DNA of 63,744 bases, the filler included, from Octopus bimaculoides (taxonomy: Eukaryota): NCBI RefSeq assembly GCF_001194135.2. It is 7 parts of 6 records of this genome, joined end to end, with 100 filler letters (N's around TTAATTAATTAA, not from the genome) between each part and the next. Parts side by side here need not be neighbours in the genome. Positions count along the whole stretch, not along the records: positions 49,187 to 57,814 come from NC_068982.1; positions 57,915 to 60,842 come from NC_068984.1; positions 60,943 to 63,744 come from NW_026340477.1; 4 more parts are not named here. The stretch is one strand, 5' to 3'. Below, one piece after another: positions 51,136 through 63,744 of this stretch (its first letter is position 1; each line of letters starts with the position of its first letter). Under the pieces are notes generated by a model, which was not told the DNA's origin, searched no databases, and saw only the letters and a program-made list of their open reading frames with translations. The position numbers and the translations under genes were made by a program.

Positions 51136-51607
51136 TATTCGAATATAGGCCTTGATTAGAGACTGGAGCCATTCCCAGTTGTGTGATCCAAAGTGTGGTT
51201 GTAATGCCAAGAAAAACATTGCGAGAAGGCGTAGTGGATAACATTGGACTCATAACTGAACTAAATACAGTTAAATACAAAGATTTTGATTAAATTGATA
51301 ACATAGTAGTTAACCTCAATGGTTTATTTGTTTTTAATGTACTAGTGAATAGATCGACTGTTGTTTTTAGTGGTGTCTTCGGAGCGACAAAAACCTGTAT
51401 TATTATAGGGAGATATAATCAAGTTAATCTCCAACTCGGGCGATACATCGTATAGAGAGCTGATGTAGGTCTATCAAAATTGCGATGATATTTGGTCGAC
51501 AACTGATGAGGGGTAGAGTTCGTTTGCGCTCGTGTATGTTTTTATGTTTTTATTTTCGTTCTCGCAAATATCTTTGTTACTTCGCCTCAACCACCTGTGT
51601 GTGTATG

Positions 51608-51649
<42 letters not shown>

Positions 51650-52303
51650 ATTTCTTACCTATGCATAAGGTTAGCAATCTGAGGAATAGGTATATAAATA
51701 GAACTCAGTGCATGACCGATACTTTATTTTATCGACCGGGAAAAGATGAAAGGTACTGTTGACCTCCGTGGGAATTGAACTCAGAATGTAAATAACCTAA
51801 ACAAAGACTAGAAGTCACTTTGTTTGACATTGTGCCAATCCACGGTTTTATTTATGCATAAAATGTATGTAGATACATACACACAATAATGAGTATCTAT
51901 GTATGCATGTATATTAGCAAAACCTATAAGTAGACACAATACATAAAAGTATATATGGTGAATGAAATTGTTTATGCATGTAGTTATTTGTGTGTGTGTG
52001 TGTGTGTGTGTGGTATGTGTGTGCGCGTGCGTGTGTGTATGTGTGTGTGTGCGTGTGTGATATGCGCTCGCATACTGACGCACACATATATTTGCATGTG
52101 TGCAAGTATGTATGTTTACATATATGCACATACAGACATTTATGTATATATCCAAAGCTATAAGCATATGCACAATTCTGTTTTACCGTGTACAATTTTA
52201 TATACAGTAAATATAAAACACCTTGTATGCATGTATCTATCTTTGCGTATACGCAAATACATATGTATAGATATGTGCGTGTATGCAAATATGCACCTAA
52301 ACG

Positions 52304-52363
<60 letters not shown>

Positions 52364-52658
52364 NNNNNNNNNNNNNNNNNNNNNNNNNNNNNNNNNNNNN
52401 NNNNNNNNNNNNNNNNNNNNNNNNNNNNNNNNNNNNNNNNNNNNNNNNNNNNNNNNNNNNNNNNNNNNNNNNNNNNNNNNNNNNNNNNNNNNNNNNNNNN
52501 NNNNNNNNNNNNNNNNNNNNNNNNNNNNNNNNNNNNNNNNNNNNNNNNNNNNNNNNNNNNNNNNNNNNNNNNNNNNNNNNNNNTGTGTGCATGAGTGTGG
52601 TGTGTGTGTGTGTGCATGAGTGTGGTGTGTGTGTGGATTGTATGCGTATGTCGCTTAC

Positions 52659-52766
52659 CTGGGAACTTTCCAAAGAATAATTCTCGGATTCCTGCACTGA
52701 GTCAACTCGTTTAATTTATTTTCGTCGATGCCGACTGTAATGGCTGCCAAAATGTCGACGACATGT
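52659..52766 (-). CDS. Candidate coding exon (108 nt, phase 2 to 2), possibly the start of a TSPN domain of a kielin/chordin-like protein
   Basis: Acceptor tttatattAG, strong donor CCCAG|GTAAGC. One frame is open: HVVDILAAITVGIDENKLNELTQCRNPRIILWKVP. The resemblance to kielin VID.LEAL...P....WK is from memory only. Confidence 0.35.
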
Positions 52767-53589
52767 CTAATATAAACTGATTGAACTTATTCTTTCTTCT
52801 GCTCTCTAACATACAAGAAAAATAATAGTTTTTGCACGTTAACGAGGGAAGCCGACTTCTCTGTCTCCGCCTCTTTCTTTGTCTTTCTCTGCTCTCCCCA
52901 CCTCTCTCTTTTACTCTCTTTCCCTCTCTCTCCTCCATTATCTCTCTCTCTCTCTCACTTTCTCATCCTCTCTCTTCTATTTCTTTCTAACCCTCTTTCC
53001 CTCTCTCTGTATCTCTCTTTCCTTCTTCCTCTCTTTCCCAACTCTTCCCTTCCTCTCTCCCATTTCTTTCTCTCTGCAGTCGCTCGATTTGCTAGAATTA
53101 ACAGCTCACTCTCCCTTGAATCATACTGTCCACTCCCTGCCACTGTCATAAAACAAGAGGACTTGCTACTACTAAACCTACTACTACTACTACTACACCG
53201 CAACAACCACCATCAACTCCAACACAACTACAACAACTACTACTACAGCTACTGCTACTGCTACTGCTGCTGTTGCTGTGATGTAGAGCGAGGGAAGATG
53301 TCTTAACTCAAACAAAACACGGGACATTTAGATGTTTCGGAGACTACTTGCCTCATCAGCAGCTGTTGAACTAAAAACGGTTACAAGTTTAACCACACGA
53401 ACTATAGCAGTTGTTGACATCATTTATGTGGCTGATATATAAATCGACTGAAAAGGTACAAAAGTACAAAAGATCATTTTATATCGAGGAATAATATCTA
53501 GATATACACGCGCGCGCCCAGATACGCATGCGCGCATGCGCAGGCACACACACACACACATTATACATATATAAAGAGCGATTTATACA

Positions 53590-53780
53590 TTGGACTGCGA
53601 CCATGCTGGAGCACCACTTCGAAGGGGTTTTAGTCGAACAAATCGCCCCCGACTTATAATTTTTTTTGTTTTAAAATCTGGTACATATACTATCAGTCTC
53701 TTTTGCTGAACTGCTACGTTATGGGGACATAAACAAACCGACACTGGTTGTCAAGCAGTGGGAGTGACAAAAACAGACAC
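53590..53780 (-). mobile_element. SINE family A, 3' half
   Basis: GACTGCGACCATGCTGGAGCACC...CACTGGTTGTCAAGCAGTGG. Confidence 0.75.
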
Positions 53781-54184
53781 AACCACGCGGTTGCAAAAGC
53801 GAGCTTCTTTAACCATATGTATCTCCACACATACACACACAAACACACACCACACATCACACAATTATCTATATCTGTCTTAAATATGTCCTAAATATAT
53901 TTTTTCTTCTCTCTTTTGCGCATGCACGTGTCAGTAATTTCAAAATTCTAATAAGTCGTGAGTACCGTTAGAGTGATCAGATTTGTCTTGGGTGTCAAAA
54001 TTGTTATAATTTGCGATTGCCAACTGACAAAGGGATCAGACTTGTATACGTCTGTCCGTCTGTTATTTTAATTTCCTATGAATCTCCTTGTCATGTCTGT
54101 GTTAATGTTTGCAATATTTTTTATATCTTTGTCAACTTTATTTCCCAAACTCACTCCCATCTCTCTCTCTCTCTCTCTCTCTCG

Positions 54185-54218
<34 letters not shown>

Positions 54219-55168
54219 NNNNNNNNNNNNNNNNNNNNNNNNNNNNNNNNNNNNNNNNNNNNNNNNNNNNNNNNNNNNNNNNNNNNNNNNNNNNNNNNNN
54301 NNNNNNNNNNNNNNNNNNNNNNNNNNNNNNNNNNNNNNNNNNNNTATATAAACATACATTCATCTATCTGCACACAAACACACACTCACACATACACACA
54401 CACGCATATGTACATACACACATCTATGTTTATGTATCTGTCAACATGTTTATCTGTTTATATATCAACTCACATACGTACATACATACATACATGCATA
54501 CATACATACATACATACATACATACACTCACACGCACTCACACACATATACATATATATATGCATACACATATATACATACATAGGAATATATATATGTG
54601 TGTGTGTGTGTATGTTTGCGTGCGTGTGTGTGTAGTACACACACACATGCACACAAACGTATATATATAATTCTATCAAGCTGTTTTCATACTTGCTCAT
54701 GCTTCGAAGATCACGCCGTTTAAACGCGTTTTACTGTAACTGTCCACTGAACATATCAGTCTAGGTGATGGTTGTGGTGCTGTCGGTGGAGGTGGTGATG
54801 ACTGTTATAGTGCAAAGAAGAGGCGAAGGGGAGGGGCATTGATGAGTAGAGAATGTAGTCGAGACGGTGGTGGTGGTGGTGGCGTTGCTTTGGTAAAGGT
54901 TATGGTTTAGTGATGAAAGACGTAGCTGTAGTTGTAGTAGTGGTAGTGGTGGTGGTAGTGGTAGCAGTAGTGTCAGTAGAAGTGTGGAGACAACTGATGA
55001 TCCAGCTATGGTCACCATGCTTTATTAAGAATATATAATCTAATGTAGCCTTCCGTTCCCCGCTCCCAGGACGTGAGAGAGATTTGACTGCTGTTTCTAG
55101 GTGCTTCCCTGTTGGGTACTCCTCCATATCCCCAAGATAAGTACTTCATAGCTTCAAGGTAGATATTC

Positions 55169-55229
<61 letters not shown>

Positions 55230-55493
55230 TGTTGATGCGATTTCGAAAGGAGAAGTATAAGTTATGAGAGGTCTTAGCACTGCCTTTTTGGCGCCGCTTA
55301 TTTGGCGTCGCTGATTCGATGCTGAATTATTTGACATCAGACGTTTTAATGTATCTCTCGTTCTCGTGTTCTCTCCACCCCCTCCCTCCTCATATCCTTC
55401 CCGCTCTCTTCATACCCCCCTTTTCTCCTTATATCACAGCCGCTCTCCTCATATCCCCGCCGCTCTCCTCAAATCTTCCCTCTCTCCTCATAT

Positions 55494-55532
<39 letters not shown>

Positions 55533-56153
55533 GTATGTATGAGAATATATTTGTGAAAGAGGAGAGGGAAAGTGCTTATATCAATCGTATTCAATTANNN
55601 NNNNNNNNNNNNNNNNNNNNNNNNNNNNNNNNNNNNNNNNNNNNNNNNNNNNNNNNNNNNNNNNNNNNNNNNNNNNNNNNNNNNNNNNNNNNNNNNNNNN
55701 NNNNNNNNNNNNNNNNNNNNNNNNNNNNNNNNNNNNNNNNNNNNNNNNNNNNNNNNNNNNNNNNNNNNNNNNNNNNNNNNNNNNNNNNNNNNNNNNNNNN
55801 NNNNNNNNNNNNNNNNNNNNNNNNNNNNNNNNNNNNNNNNNNNNNNNNNNNNNNNNNNNNNNNNNNNNNNNNNNNNNNNNNNNNNNNNNNNNNNNNNNNN
55901 NNNNNNNGAAGATACACACAGAAAGGGTTTCCCAGTGAAAGACGCCACCATATATTATAAGACCCCGGCCCCGTGGGTAAGACCTCGAGAGCTACCATAT
56001 TTTCGGGAGCAAAATCTCGTACCACCTCTCATTGCCAGTTCATGACTCGTGTCCCCTCCCTCCCCAGTAGTTACATGATTTTGGTGCAAGGCCAGTAGTT
56101 TTGAGTGGAAGAAATTAGCCGATAAAATCGACCGCAGTACTTGACAGGTACTA

Positions 56154-56983
56154 CAGGGTGGCCCAAAAGTTACTGAGGGGTTTTAATTTTTAATAACTCC
56201 CTTATTTTTACAAATAGGTGTATGAAATTTTAATTCAATATAGAGAAGATAATGGAAATTAATTTGCATTAGTCCTTTTTCATCACAGCTCTACATTACA
56301 TATGAAAAATGACATCTTTTAAATGACATCCATTTTCAGCATCACGCATCCATGCCTTTCCAAAATATGTTCCATGACAGCTGTAAGTCCCCTGATTTCT
56401 CTAGTGATCTTCTCCTGCAATTGCTCCAGGGTTTCTAGTTTGTTGACATAATCCTTCTCCTTGAGGTACCCCCACAAGTCAGGGCTGGCCAAGTCTGGAG
56501 AACACGATATCGCAGTAGCAGGAAATGATTCTTTCTCCAAAATATTGCCTCAGCAACTGTATTGTCTCTCTTGCGGTATGAGCAGTTGCCTCATCTTGCT
56601 GGAACTACATATCGGGCCTATTTTGAATGGCTGGGCGCAAAAAGTTCTTGATCATGGACCTGTACCGCTCACCAGTCACAGTGACAGCATTCCCATCATC
56701 GTCCTCAAAGAAATAAGGCCCGATTATCTCATCCACCGTAATTGCACACCGTTCTGTACACTTTATGGGGTGCAATTCTCTTTGGTGCTCTCTGGGTTTG
56801 AATAATTGACCCCTGATTTTGATAGAGCACCACTTGAGTGCGTTGTGCGGTGCCATATTTTTCCATAATTAATTTCCTGGACTTAGTCCATAAAATCCCT
56901 GCAAAGAAAAAAAAGGTCAAAAAAATAAAACAATTATCAAAGATTGCAACCCCCACCATCTCAGTGACTTTGGGGCCATCCTA
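56154..56983 (-). mobile_element. Tc1/mariner (rosa/maT-like) transposon, internally deleted
   Basis: TIR CAGGGTGGCCCAAAAGTTACTG with imperfect inverse CAGTGACTTTGGGGCCATCCTA and TA on both flanks. Protein IIGPYFFEDDDGNAVTVTGERYRSMIKNFLRP...FQQD...SPDL..PDLWGYLKEK. Confidence 0.88.
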
Positions 56984-56989
56984 TATATT

Positions 56990-57510
56990 TTATCGACACT
57001 CGAAAGGTTGAAAAGCAAAATTAATATTGGCAGGATTTTAACTCAGAACGTAAAAGGACTGGTTAGGTTCAAAGCTACAACAACAATGGTTTCAAATTTT
57101 GACACAAGGCCAGCAATTTTATGGGAGAGGGTAAGTCGATTACACATCGACTCCAGTGTTCAACTGGTATTTATTTTATCGATCTCGACAGGATGAAATG
57201 CAAAATCGACATAGGCGGGATCTGAATTTGAACTCAGAACGGAAAATGACTGGTTAAGTTAAAAGCTACAACTACAATGATATACATTTTAGGATTGACC
57301 CTGATATAAATTCTTTGATTTTGATACAAGACGAGGGAAAGGATTAAGTCGATAATATCGATCCCAGTGTTCAATTGGTGCTTGTTTTATTGACCCTTGA
57401 AAAGATGAAAGGGTAAAGTCGACTTCGGCGGAATTTGAACTCAGAACGTAAAGTACCTCGATGCGGTTTGTCTGGCGTGCTCACGATTCTGCCCCACTCG
57501 CTGCCTTTGA
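56990..57510 (-). mobile_element. Three tandem fragments of SINE family B
   Basis: ...TTTTATCGA...GAAAG..AAA.TCGAC...GAATTTGAACTCAGAACG recurs near 57040, 57230 and 57440. Confidence 0.75.
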
Positions 57511-57529
57511 CACTGCTATTGTTGTTGTT

Positions 57530-57815
57530 GTTGTTGGCACTCCGTCGCTTACGACGTCGAAGGTTCCAGTTGATCCGATCAACGGAACAGCCTGCTCGTG
57601 AAATTAACGTGCAAGTGGCTGAGCATTCCACAGACACGTGTACCCTTAACGTGGTTCTCGGGGATATTCAGCGTGACATAGTGTGACAAGGCTGACCCTT
57701 TGAATTACAGGCACAACAGAAACAGGAAGTAAGAGTGAGAGAAAGTTGTGGTGAAAGAGTACAGCAGGGCTCGCCACTATCCCCTGCTGGAGCCTCGTGG
57801 AGCTTTAGGCGTTTN
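57530..57815 (+). mobile_element. Interspersed repeat family D (second copy at 61998-62200)
   Basis: GTTGGCACTCCGTCG.TTACGACG.CGA...GATCCGATCA...GTGGCTGAGCA.TCCACAGACA...GTGACAAGGCT is shared. Confidence 0.8.
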
Positions 57816-58590
57816 NNNNNNNNNNNNNNNNNNNNNNNNNNNNNNNNNNNNNNNNNNNTTAATTAATTAANNNNNNNNNNNNNNNNNNNNNNNNNNNNNN
57901 NNNNNNNNNNNNNNATATATATATGTACACACGCAAACATACCGTGTCACGGACACAGAAACACGTATACACATATCTATATGTAACGTATTCTGATAAT
58001 ATAACAAAAATGACAAGGTCACATAATTGCATTATAGATTACGTTTCAACGAATGGGCATACATGTCAGACCTAATTGTTGATGGTAAACCTATTTTATT
58101 ACATCATTTAAGGCCACTATCTTCTTTCCTTTGGCTAATTTAAACTTAGTTTAATCTGTTGTACACACACACGTACTGACTCATATCATCTGTGCAAATT
58201 CTTCGATATATGTCGTTCGGTCGGAAATCTATACGTTTTCTCAATTTGTTTCGTTTTGTATTTTCCGTTACAGTTAATGTATAACATGTTTTCTTCTTTG
58301 CGTCTCTTGAGTTATACCATTGTGGCATTAATGTTGTTGATATTGCTGGGTTATCAAAATTGTGTGATAGTGTTAAAATTGTAATATTTAATCGATGGAT
58401 GTCGAAGAATCTGGGCCTGTTTGCGTTCGTTTGTTTTGTTTTGTTTTTTTTCTCTTCGTAAGTTCCTATCTAGTTGCTCCGTGTTTCCTTATGTATTTGT
58501 ATGTGTGTATGTATGTATGTACGTAGTATGAATGCATCTATGTAGCAATCTGTCTCTCTATACACTCTCACACACACACACACAAACACA

Positions 58591-58638
<48 letters not shown>

Positions 58639-58778
58639 CACACATATATATACACACATATATATACACACACACAAAAGATTAGGGTTCAAGTGAACCA
58701 GGCACTCAAATGGTAAGGCACTGGGTCAGGTAAATATTGAAAGCAGCTGAAGTGAATCGACACGTTATCCATTTGCTG

Positions 58779-58828
<50 letters not shown>

Positions 58829-58834
58829 TATACA

Positions 58835-59727
58835 AAGGGTGCATCAGTGTTTTAAGAACACCTCTTCCAAGAGCTCTAACTTTCTTCTTTTTTTCTTTTT
58901 ACCTTACAGATAGATAATGTCAGACATCGGGTTGGCTGAGCAAATGAAAAGGCACACTGTAATCGTTGCCTTAAAACACAGCATGGGGATAGAGAGATAC
59001 CTTGCTTCCTGAAAGCTGCCCGATCCCTGGTTGTCAAAGTTCGAAAGGAGCTGGAAGCTGCTGATAGGGATACAACATCAGCAGATAGACGCAAAACGCA
59101 CACAGAGGGCTCAAATACCATCAGAACACATAATGTCAGAGAAATAATCGATGAATCCCCGGAAAGGGAATTTCAAAGAACTTCATGATTTCAGAATGCA
59201 CCATCAGAATAGTTGTGCACGAGAACATCAGGTACAAATCGTATGTGATACAGAGGGATCAGTTTATGTTGGATGTGACAAGAGAGAATCGTTAAAACAC
59301 CAGGAGGCTGCAATGCTTTGGCTTTCTCCGATGAGAAAAACTTCGGCCAGGACAAAAAGGTAAACCGATGAAATAACAGACGCTTATGAAGAGACCAGAA
59401 TGAGGTATCAGCTAAGTTCCCAGCAGCTGTAATGGTTCTGGGAGTCGTCAGCAACAAGGAAGATGTTACGCCTCATCACTTTTTTTCACAGGGCTTAAGA
59501 GTCAATGCTGCTGGCAACACAGAGTTGTTGGAGAAAGCCGTGAGGTCCTGGGTAAACACAATACGCGATAGAGGACCTATGTCTTTCGACAAGACTCTGC
59601 ACCGTCTCATGAGACTAGGATAACGAAAGAGTGAATGTATACCAGTCTTCATGATCATGTTCTCCCAGACAGATGGCATCCTAGCTCACAAGATCTTCAT
59701 CCACTGAATTATTACGTATGGGGAGTA

Positions 59728-59735
<8 letters not shown>
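58835..59735 (+). mobile_element. Tc1/mariner DD37D (maT-like) transposase remnant
   Basis: WLFSDEKNF, KFPAAVMVLGVVSNKEDVTPHHFFSQGLRVNAA and WHPSSQDLHPLNYYVWGVIE (SPDLNPLDY-like), with frameshifts. Confidence 0.82.
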
Positions 59736-59787
<52 letters not shown>

Positions 59788-60404
59788 NNNNNNNNNNNNN
59801 NNNNNNNNNNNNNNNNNNNNNNNNNNNNNNNNNNNNNNNNNNNNNNNNNNNNNNNNNNNNNNNNNNNNNNNNNNNNNNNNNNNNNNNNNNNNNNNNNNNN
59901 NNNNNNNNNNNNNNNNNNNNNNNNNNNNNNNNNNNNNNNNNNNNNNNNNNNNNNNNNNNNNNNNNNNNNNNNNNNNNNNNNNNNNNNNNNNNNNNNNNNN
60001 NNNNNNNNNNNNNNNNNNNNNNNNNNNNNNNNNNNNNNNNNNNNNNNNNNNNNNNNNNNNNNNNNNNNNNNNNNNNNNNNNNNNNNNNNNNNNNNNNNNN
60101 NNNNNNNNNNNNNNNNNNNNNNNNNNNNNNNNNNNNNNNNNNNNNNNNNNNNNNNNNNNNNNNNNNNNNNNNNNNNNNNNNNNNNNNNNNNNNNNNNNNN
60201 NNNNNNNNNNNNNNNNNNNNNNNNNNNNNNNNNNNNNNNNNNNNNNNNNNNNNNNNNNNNNNNNNNNNNNNNNNNNNNNNNNNNNNNNNNNNNNNNNNNN
60301 NNNNNNNNNNNNTATATAGATAGATATATTAGGCAAAATGAGATAACAAAGCCAAGGCTATGTGAAGTTTTCAGGACATATATAAGGAAAAGGATAGAGA
60401 TATA

Positions 60405-60452
60405 GTCTTACAGCTGTTTCTGGGATATTATGGATATCCCTTCATCAGAGAC
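60405..60452 (-). ncRNA. Penelope-type type I hammerhead ribozyme with palindromic stem III
   Basis: Minus strand: GTCT CTGATGA A GGGATAT CCATA ATATCCC A GAAA CAGCTG T A AGAC. Stem I GTCT/AGAC, 7-bp stem II, stem III palindrome ACAGCTGT, cleavage triplet GUA. Confidence 0.78.
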
Positions 60453-61997
60453 GAATTGAGATGGTTGAATAGAGGTAAATTTTGAGTTCGAAATAAGGAA
60501 TTATTGTGGAAAAGAATGAGATAGGGAATATAGAGGGAAATAAGAAAATGAAAGTAGAAATAAGATATTAAATATATGAAAATATTGTAGTTGCAGTTCG
60601 AGGAAAGTGGTGTATAGAAGTGGTAAAAACGTCTCCTGTACATGGTATGTAAGTTCAAATAGTAGTTCATGTTTAGTCATTTCAAAGTATGGAGCCCTGG
60701 ATTCTGTGTTGTTCATTCGAAAGGGTCTTGTAGTGTGAATGAAAATTTAATAATGTATTGGTAGTATTTGTGGATAGATGGGGAGGGGGGGAGATGTGTA
60801 TGATTAGAATGAGGAGATAGGTAATATATATATATATATATANNNNNNNNNNNNNNNNNNNNNNNNNNNNNNNNNNNNNNNNNNNNTTAATTAATTAANN
60901 NNNNNNNNNNNNNNNNNNNNNNNNNNNNNNNNNNNNNNNNNNTAAAATAAGTGTTGTTTGGGAACAAACAAACGAAACAAGCCACAACTTTCAAATATAT
61001 TTACCCTATGTACGACCGTATCGATAAATAAATTCAATAAGTAAATTACAACCACTCCTAAAAACGCAACTAAACAGCGACAACTCTATTAAGTCATACA
61101 AAAATTATAATCCCTACTGTCTTCCGTAGCAGGCGTATAAGCAACAATTCGAAACTACATACTCCAAGATTATTGCTTCGGCACTACCTGTTCTGTTTCT
61201 CCATCATCTTTACTTTCGTTAATTATGTAACGCAGTCGTTCTTTTAAGTAGTGACCTGTGCTGTACACCGCTAACTAGATGGACTTAGACGGTCATTCGT
61301 ATTTACACACTTCACAGCACTGGTGATGTGATGCGAACTACTGACCTCGGGTCATCTACCATTCTATCCATTCGGACATCCAGCTGACACCCTCTCATTA
61401 ATCTGTGCTTTTTTTTTACTACAGCGAATTAATTAGATGTAAATGTGGATTCCAGTTAATTGAAAAGAAGTGGTTTAATTAGACTATGCGGAGGCGAAGG
61501 TGGTGGATGTGCTGGTGGTTTTAGTGGTGATGGTGATGGTGACGGTGGTGATGTTGTTGGTGGTGATGGTGGTAGTTGTGGTAGTGGTGGTGGTGTTAGT
61601 GGTGTGGTGGTTATTATTTTATTATTGGTGGTGGTGGTTATTGGTGGTAATGATGATGATGATGGTGAAGGTGGTGTTGGTGGTGGTGATGGAGTTGGTG
61701 GTAGTGATGGTAGTGGCGGTGGTGGTGGTTTTGGTGTTAGTGTTGGTGTTGTTGTTCTTGTTATCGGTCGTGGTGGTGGTGGTAGTGGTGGTTTTGGTGT
61801 TAGTGTTGATGTTGTTGTTGTCGTAGTTGTTGGTAATGATGGTGGTGGCGGTGGTGGGATAACACCTCCCCCCCCCCACAAAAAAACAGCTACCACTGCA
61901 AAAACAGTACCAGTAACAACTATAACAATAAGAATAATGACATCAGCAACAATTACAACTATAATAGCAACAACAACAACAACCATAATAGCAATGT

Positions 61998-62320
61998 TGT
62001 TGGCACTCCGTCGGTTACGACGACGAGTGTTCTAGCTGATCCGATCACTGGAATAGCCTGCGCGTAATATTAACGTACAAGTGGCTGAGCACTCCACAGA
62101 CATGCGTACCCTTAATGTAGTTCTCAGGGAGATTCAGCGTGACACAGAATGTGACAAGGCTCGTCCTTTTGAATTACAGGGACAACTCATTTTTGCCAGC
62201 TGAGTGGACTGGGGCAATATGAAATAAAGTGTCTTGCTGAAGGGCACAATGCATCGAACCTACGACTTTACGATCGTGGGCCGAATAACCTAACCACTAA
62301 GCCACGTTCCTTCACAACAA
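61998..62320 (+). mobile_element. Interspersed repeat family D followed by an inverted tRNA-like SINE head
   Basis: Matches 57530-57700; 62215-62320 is the reverse complement of a TGGCTTAGTGG...GGTTCGAT head. Confidence 0.75.
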
Positions 62321-62521
62321 CAACAGCAATATCAATAACAACAATAATATCAACAACAGTGTCGAGAACTTCAACACTGACAACAACCACAGTAACGACG
62401 AAGGCGACGACGATAACCATGACGACGATGACAACAACAAAAGCAGTATGAGAACATCGGCATTAACAACAACAACAACAACAACAGCATCATTGTCATC
62501 AGCAGCAGCATCAGCATTAGC

Positions 62522-63603
62522 AAGAAGAAGAAGAAGAAGAAGAAGAAGAAGAAGAAGAAGAAGAAGAAGAAGAAGAAGAAGAAGAAGAAAAAGAAGAAGA
62601 AGACGAAGNNNNNNNNNNNNNNNNNNNNNNNNNNNNNNNNNNNNNNNNNNNNNNNNNNNNNNNNNNNNNNNNNNNNNNNNNNNNNNNNNNNNNNNNNNNN
62701 NNNNNNNNNNNNNNNNNNNNNNNNNNNNNNNNNNNNNNNNNNNNNNNNNNNNNNNNNNNNNNNNNNNNNNNNNNNNNNNNNNNNNNNNNNNNNNNNNNNN
62801 NNNNNNNNNNNNNNNNNNNNNNNNNNNNNNNNNNNNNNNNNNNNNNNNNNNNNNNNNNNNNNNNNNNNNNNNNNNNNNNNNNNNNNNNNNNNNNNNNNNN
62901 NNNNNNNNNNNNNNNNNNNNNNNNNNNNNNNNNNNNNNNNNNNNNNNNNNNNNNNNNNNNNNNNNNNNNNNNNNNNNNNNNNNNNNNNNNNNNNNNNNNN
63001 NNNNNNNNNNNNNNNNNNNNNNNNNNNNNNNNNNNNNNNNNNNNNNNNNNNNNNNNNNNNNNNNNNNNNNNNNNNNNNNNNNNNNNNNNNNNNNNNNNNN
63101 NNNNNNNNNNNNNNNNNNNNNNNNNNNNNNNNNNNNNNNNNNNNNNNNNNNNNNNNNNNNNNNNNNNNNNNNNNNNNNNNNNNNNNNNNNNNNNNNNNNN
63201 NNNNNNNNNNNNNNNNNNNNNNNNNNNNNNNNNNNNNNNNNNNNNNNNNNNNNNNNNNNNNNNNNNNNNNNNNNNNNNNNNNNNNNNNNNNNNNNNNNNN
63301 NNNNNNNNNNNNNNNNNNNNNNNNNNNNNNNNNNNNNNNNNNNNNNNNNNNNNNNNNNNNNNNNNNNNNNNNNNNNNNNNNNNNNNNNNNNNNNNNNNNN
63401 NNNNNNNNNNNNNNNNNNNNNNNNNNNNNNNNNNNNNNNNNNNNNNNNNNNNNNNNNNNNNAGAAGAAAAAGAAGAAGAAGAAGAAGAAAAAGAAGAAGA
63501 AGAAGAAGAAGAAAAAGAAGAAGAAGAAGAAGAAGAAGAAGAAGACGAAGAAGAAGAAGGAGAAGAAGCAGAAGAAGAAGAAGAAGAAGAAGAAGAAGAA
63601 GAA
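62522..63603. repeat. (GAA)n microsatellite flanking a gap
   Basis: GAA arrays on both sides of the N run 62609-63461. Confidence 0.9.
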
Positions 63604-63744
63604 CAGTTCTATGAGGAATGTTAGCAACAGTAAGAGTAACAACAGCAAAAGCAACAGCTGCATCATCAACAACAACAACAACAGCAACAGCAGCAGCAGC
63701 AATAACTACACAGGAATAGCAACATCGACAGTGACAACGAAAAC

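Noticed and set aside
53329-53372. Minus-strand CTGATGAGG...CCGAAACATC hammerhead-like string
   Set aside because: Stem II has only 2 bp and stem I barely pairs; not distinguishable from chance.
61456-62035. Gly-rich and Pro-rich ORFs
   Set aside because: (GGT)n low-complexity array.
62371-63702. 443-aa and 388-aa ORFs
   Set aside because: (GAA)n repeats plus an N run translated as X.

Overview
This is eukaryotic, AT-rich, microsatellite-saturated draft-assembly DNA with many N gaps. The SINE/LINE families look like those of octopus (coleoid cephalopod); that assignment is an inference, not a database result. Almost all long ORFs in the track are microsatellite or gap artefacts. Supportable host features: one minus-strand internal exon encoding the C-terminal half of a VWC domain, most like BMPER/Crossveinless-2 (33943-34051); an intact initiator tRNA-Met on the same strand (35814-35885); a short 18S rRNA 5' fragment; and a CpG-richer island with exact ERSE/UPRE and RFX X-box motifs. 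The rest is a transposon landscape: Penelope-like elements (PLE), R4/Dong and RTE LINE remnants, three Tc1/mariner relics, hAT, Tc1-type and piggyBac-type MITEs, and several tRNA-derived SINE families. The most interesting unannotated signals are a dispersed set of PLE-type minimal hammerhead ribozymes, three about 270-330 bp fold-back elements carrying hammerhead remnants, a pre-miRNA-like hairpin next to the tRNA, and a candidate upstream exon resembling the kielin TSPN N-terminus. All coordinates and alignments were read by eye.
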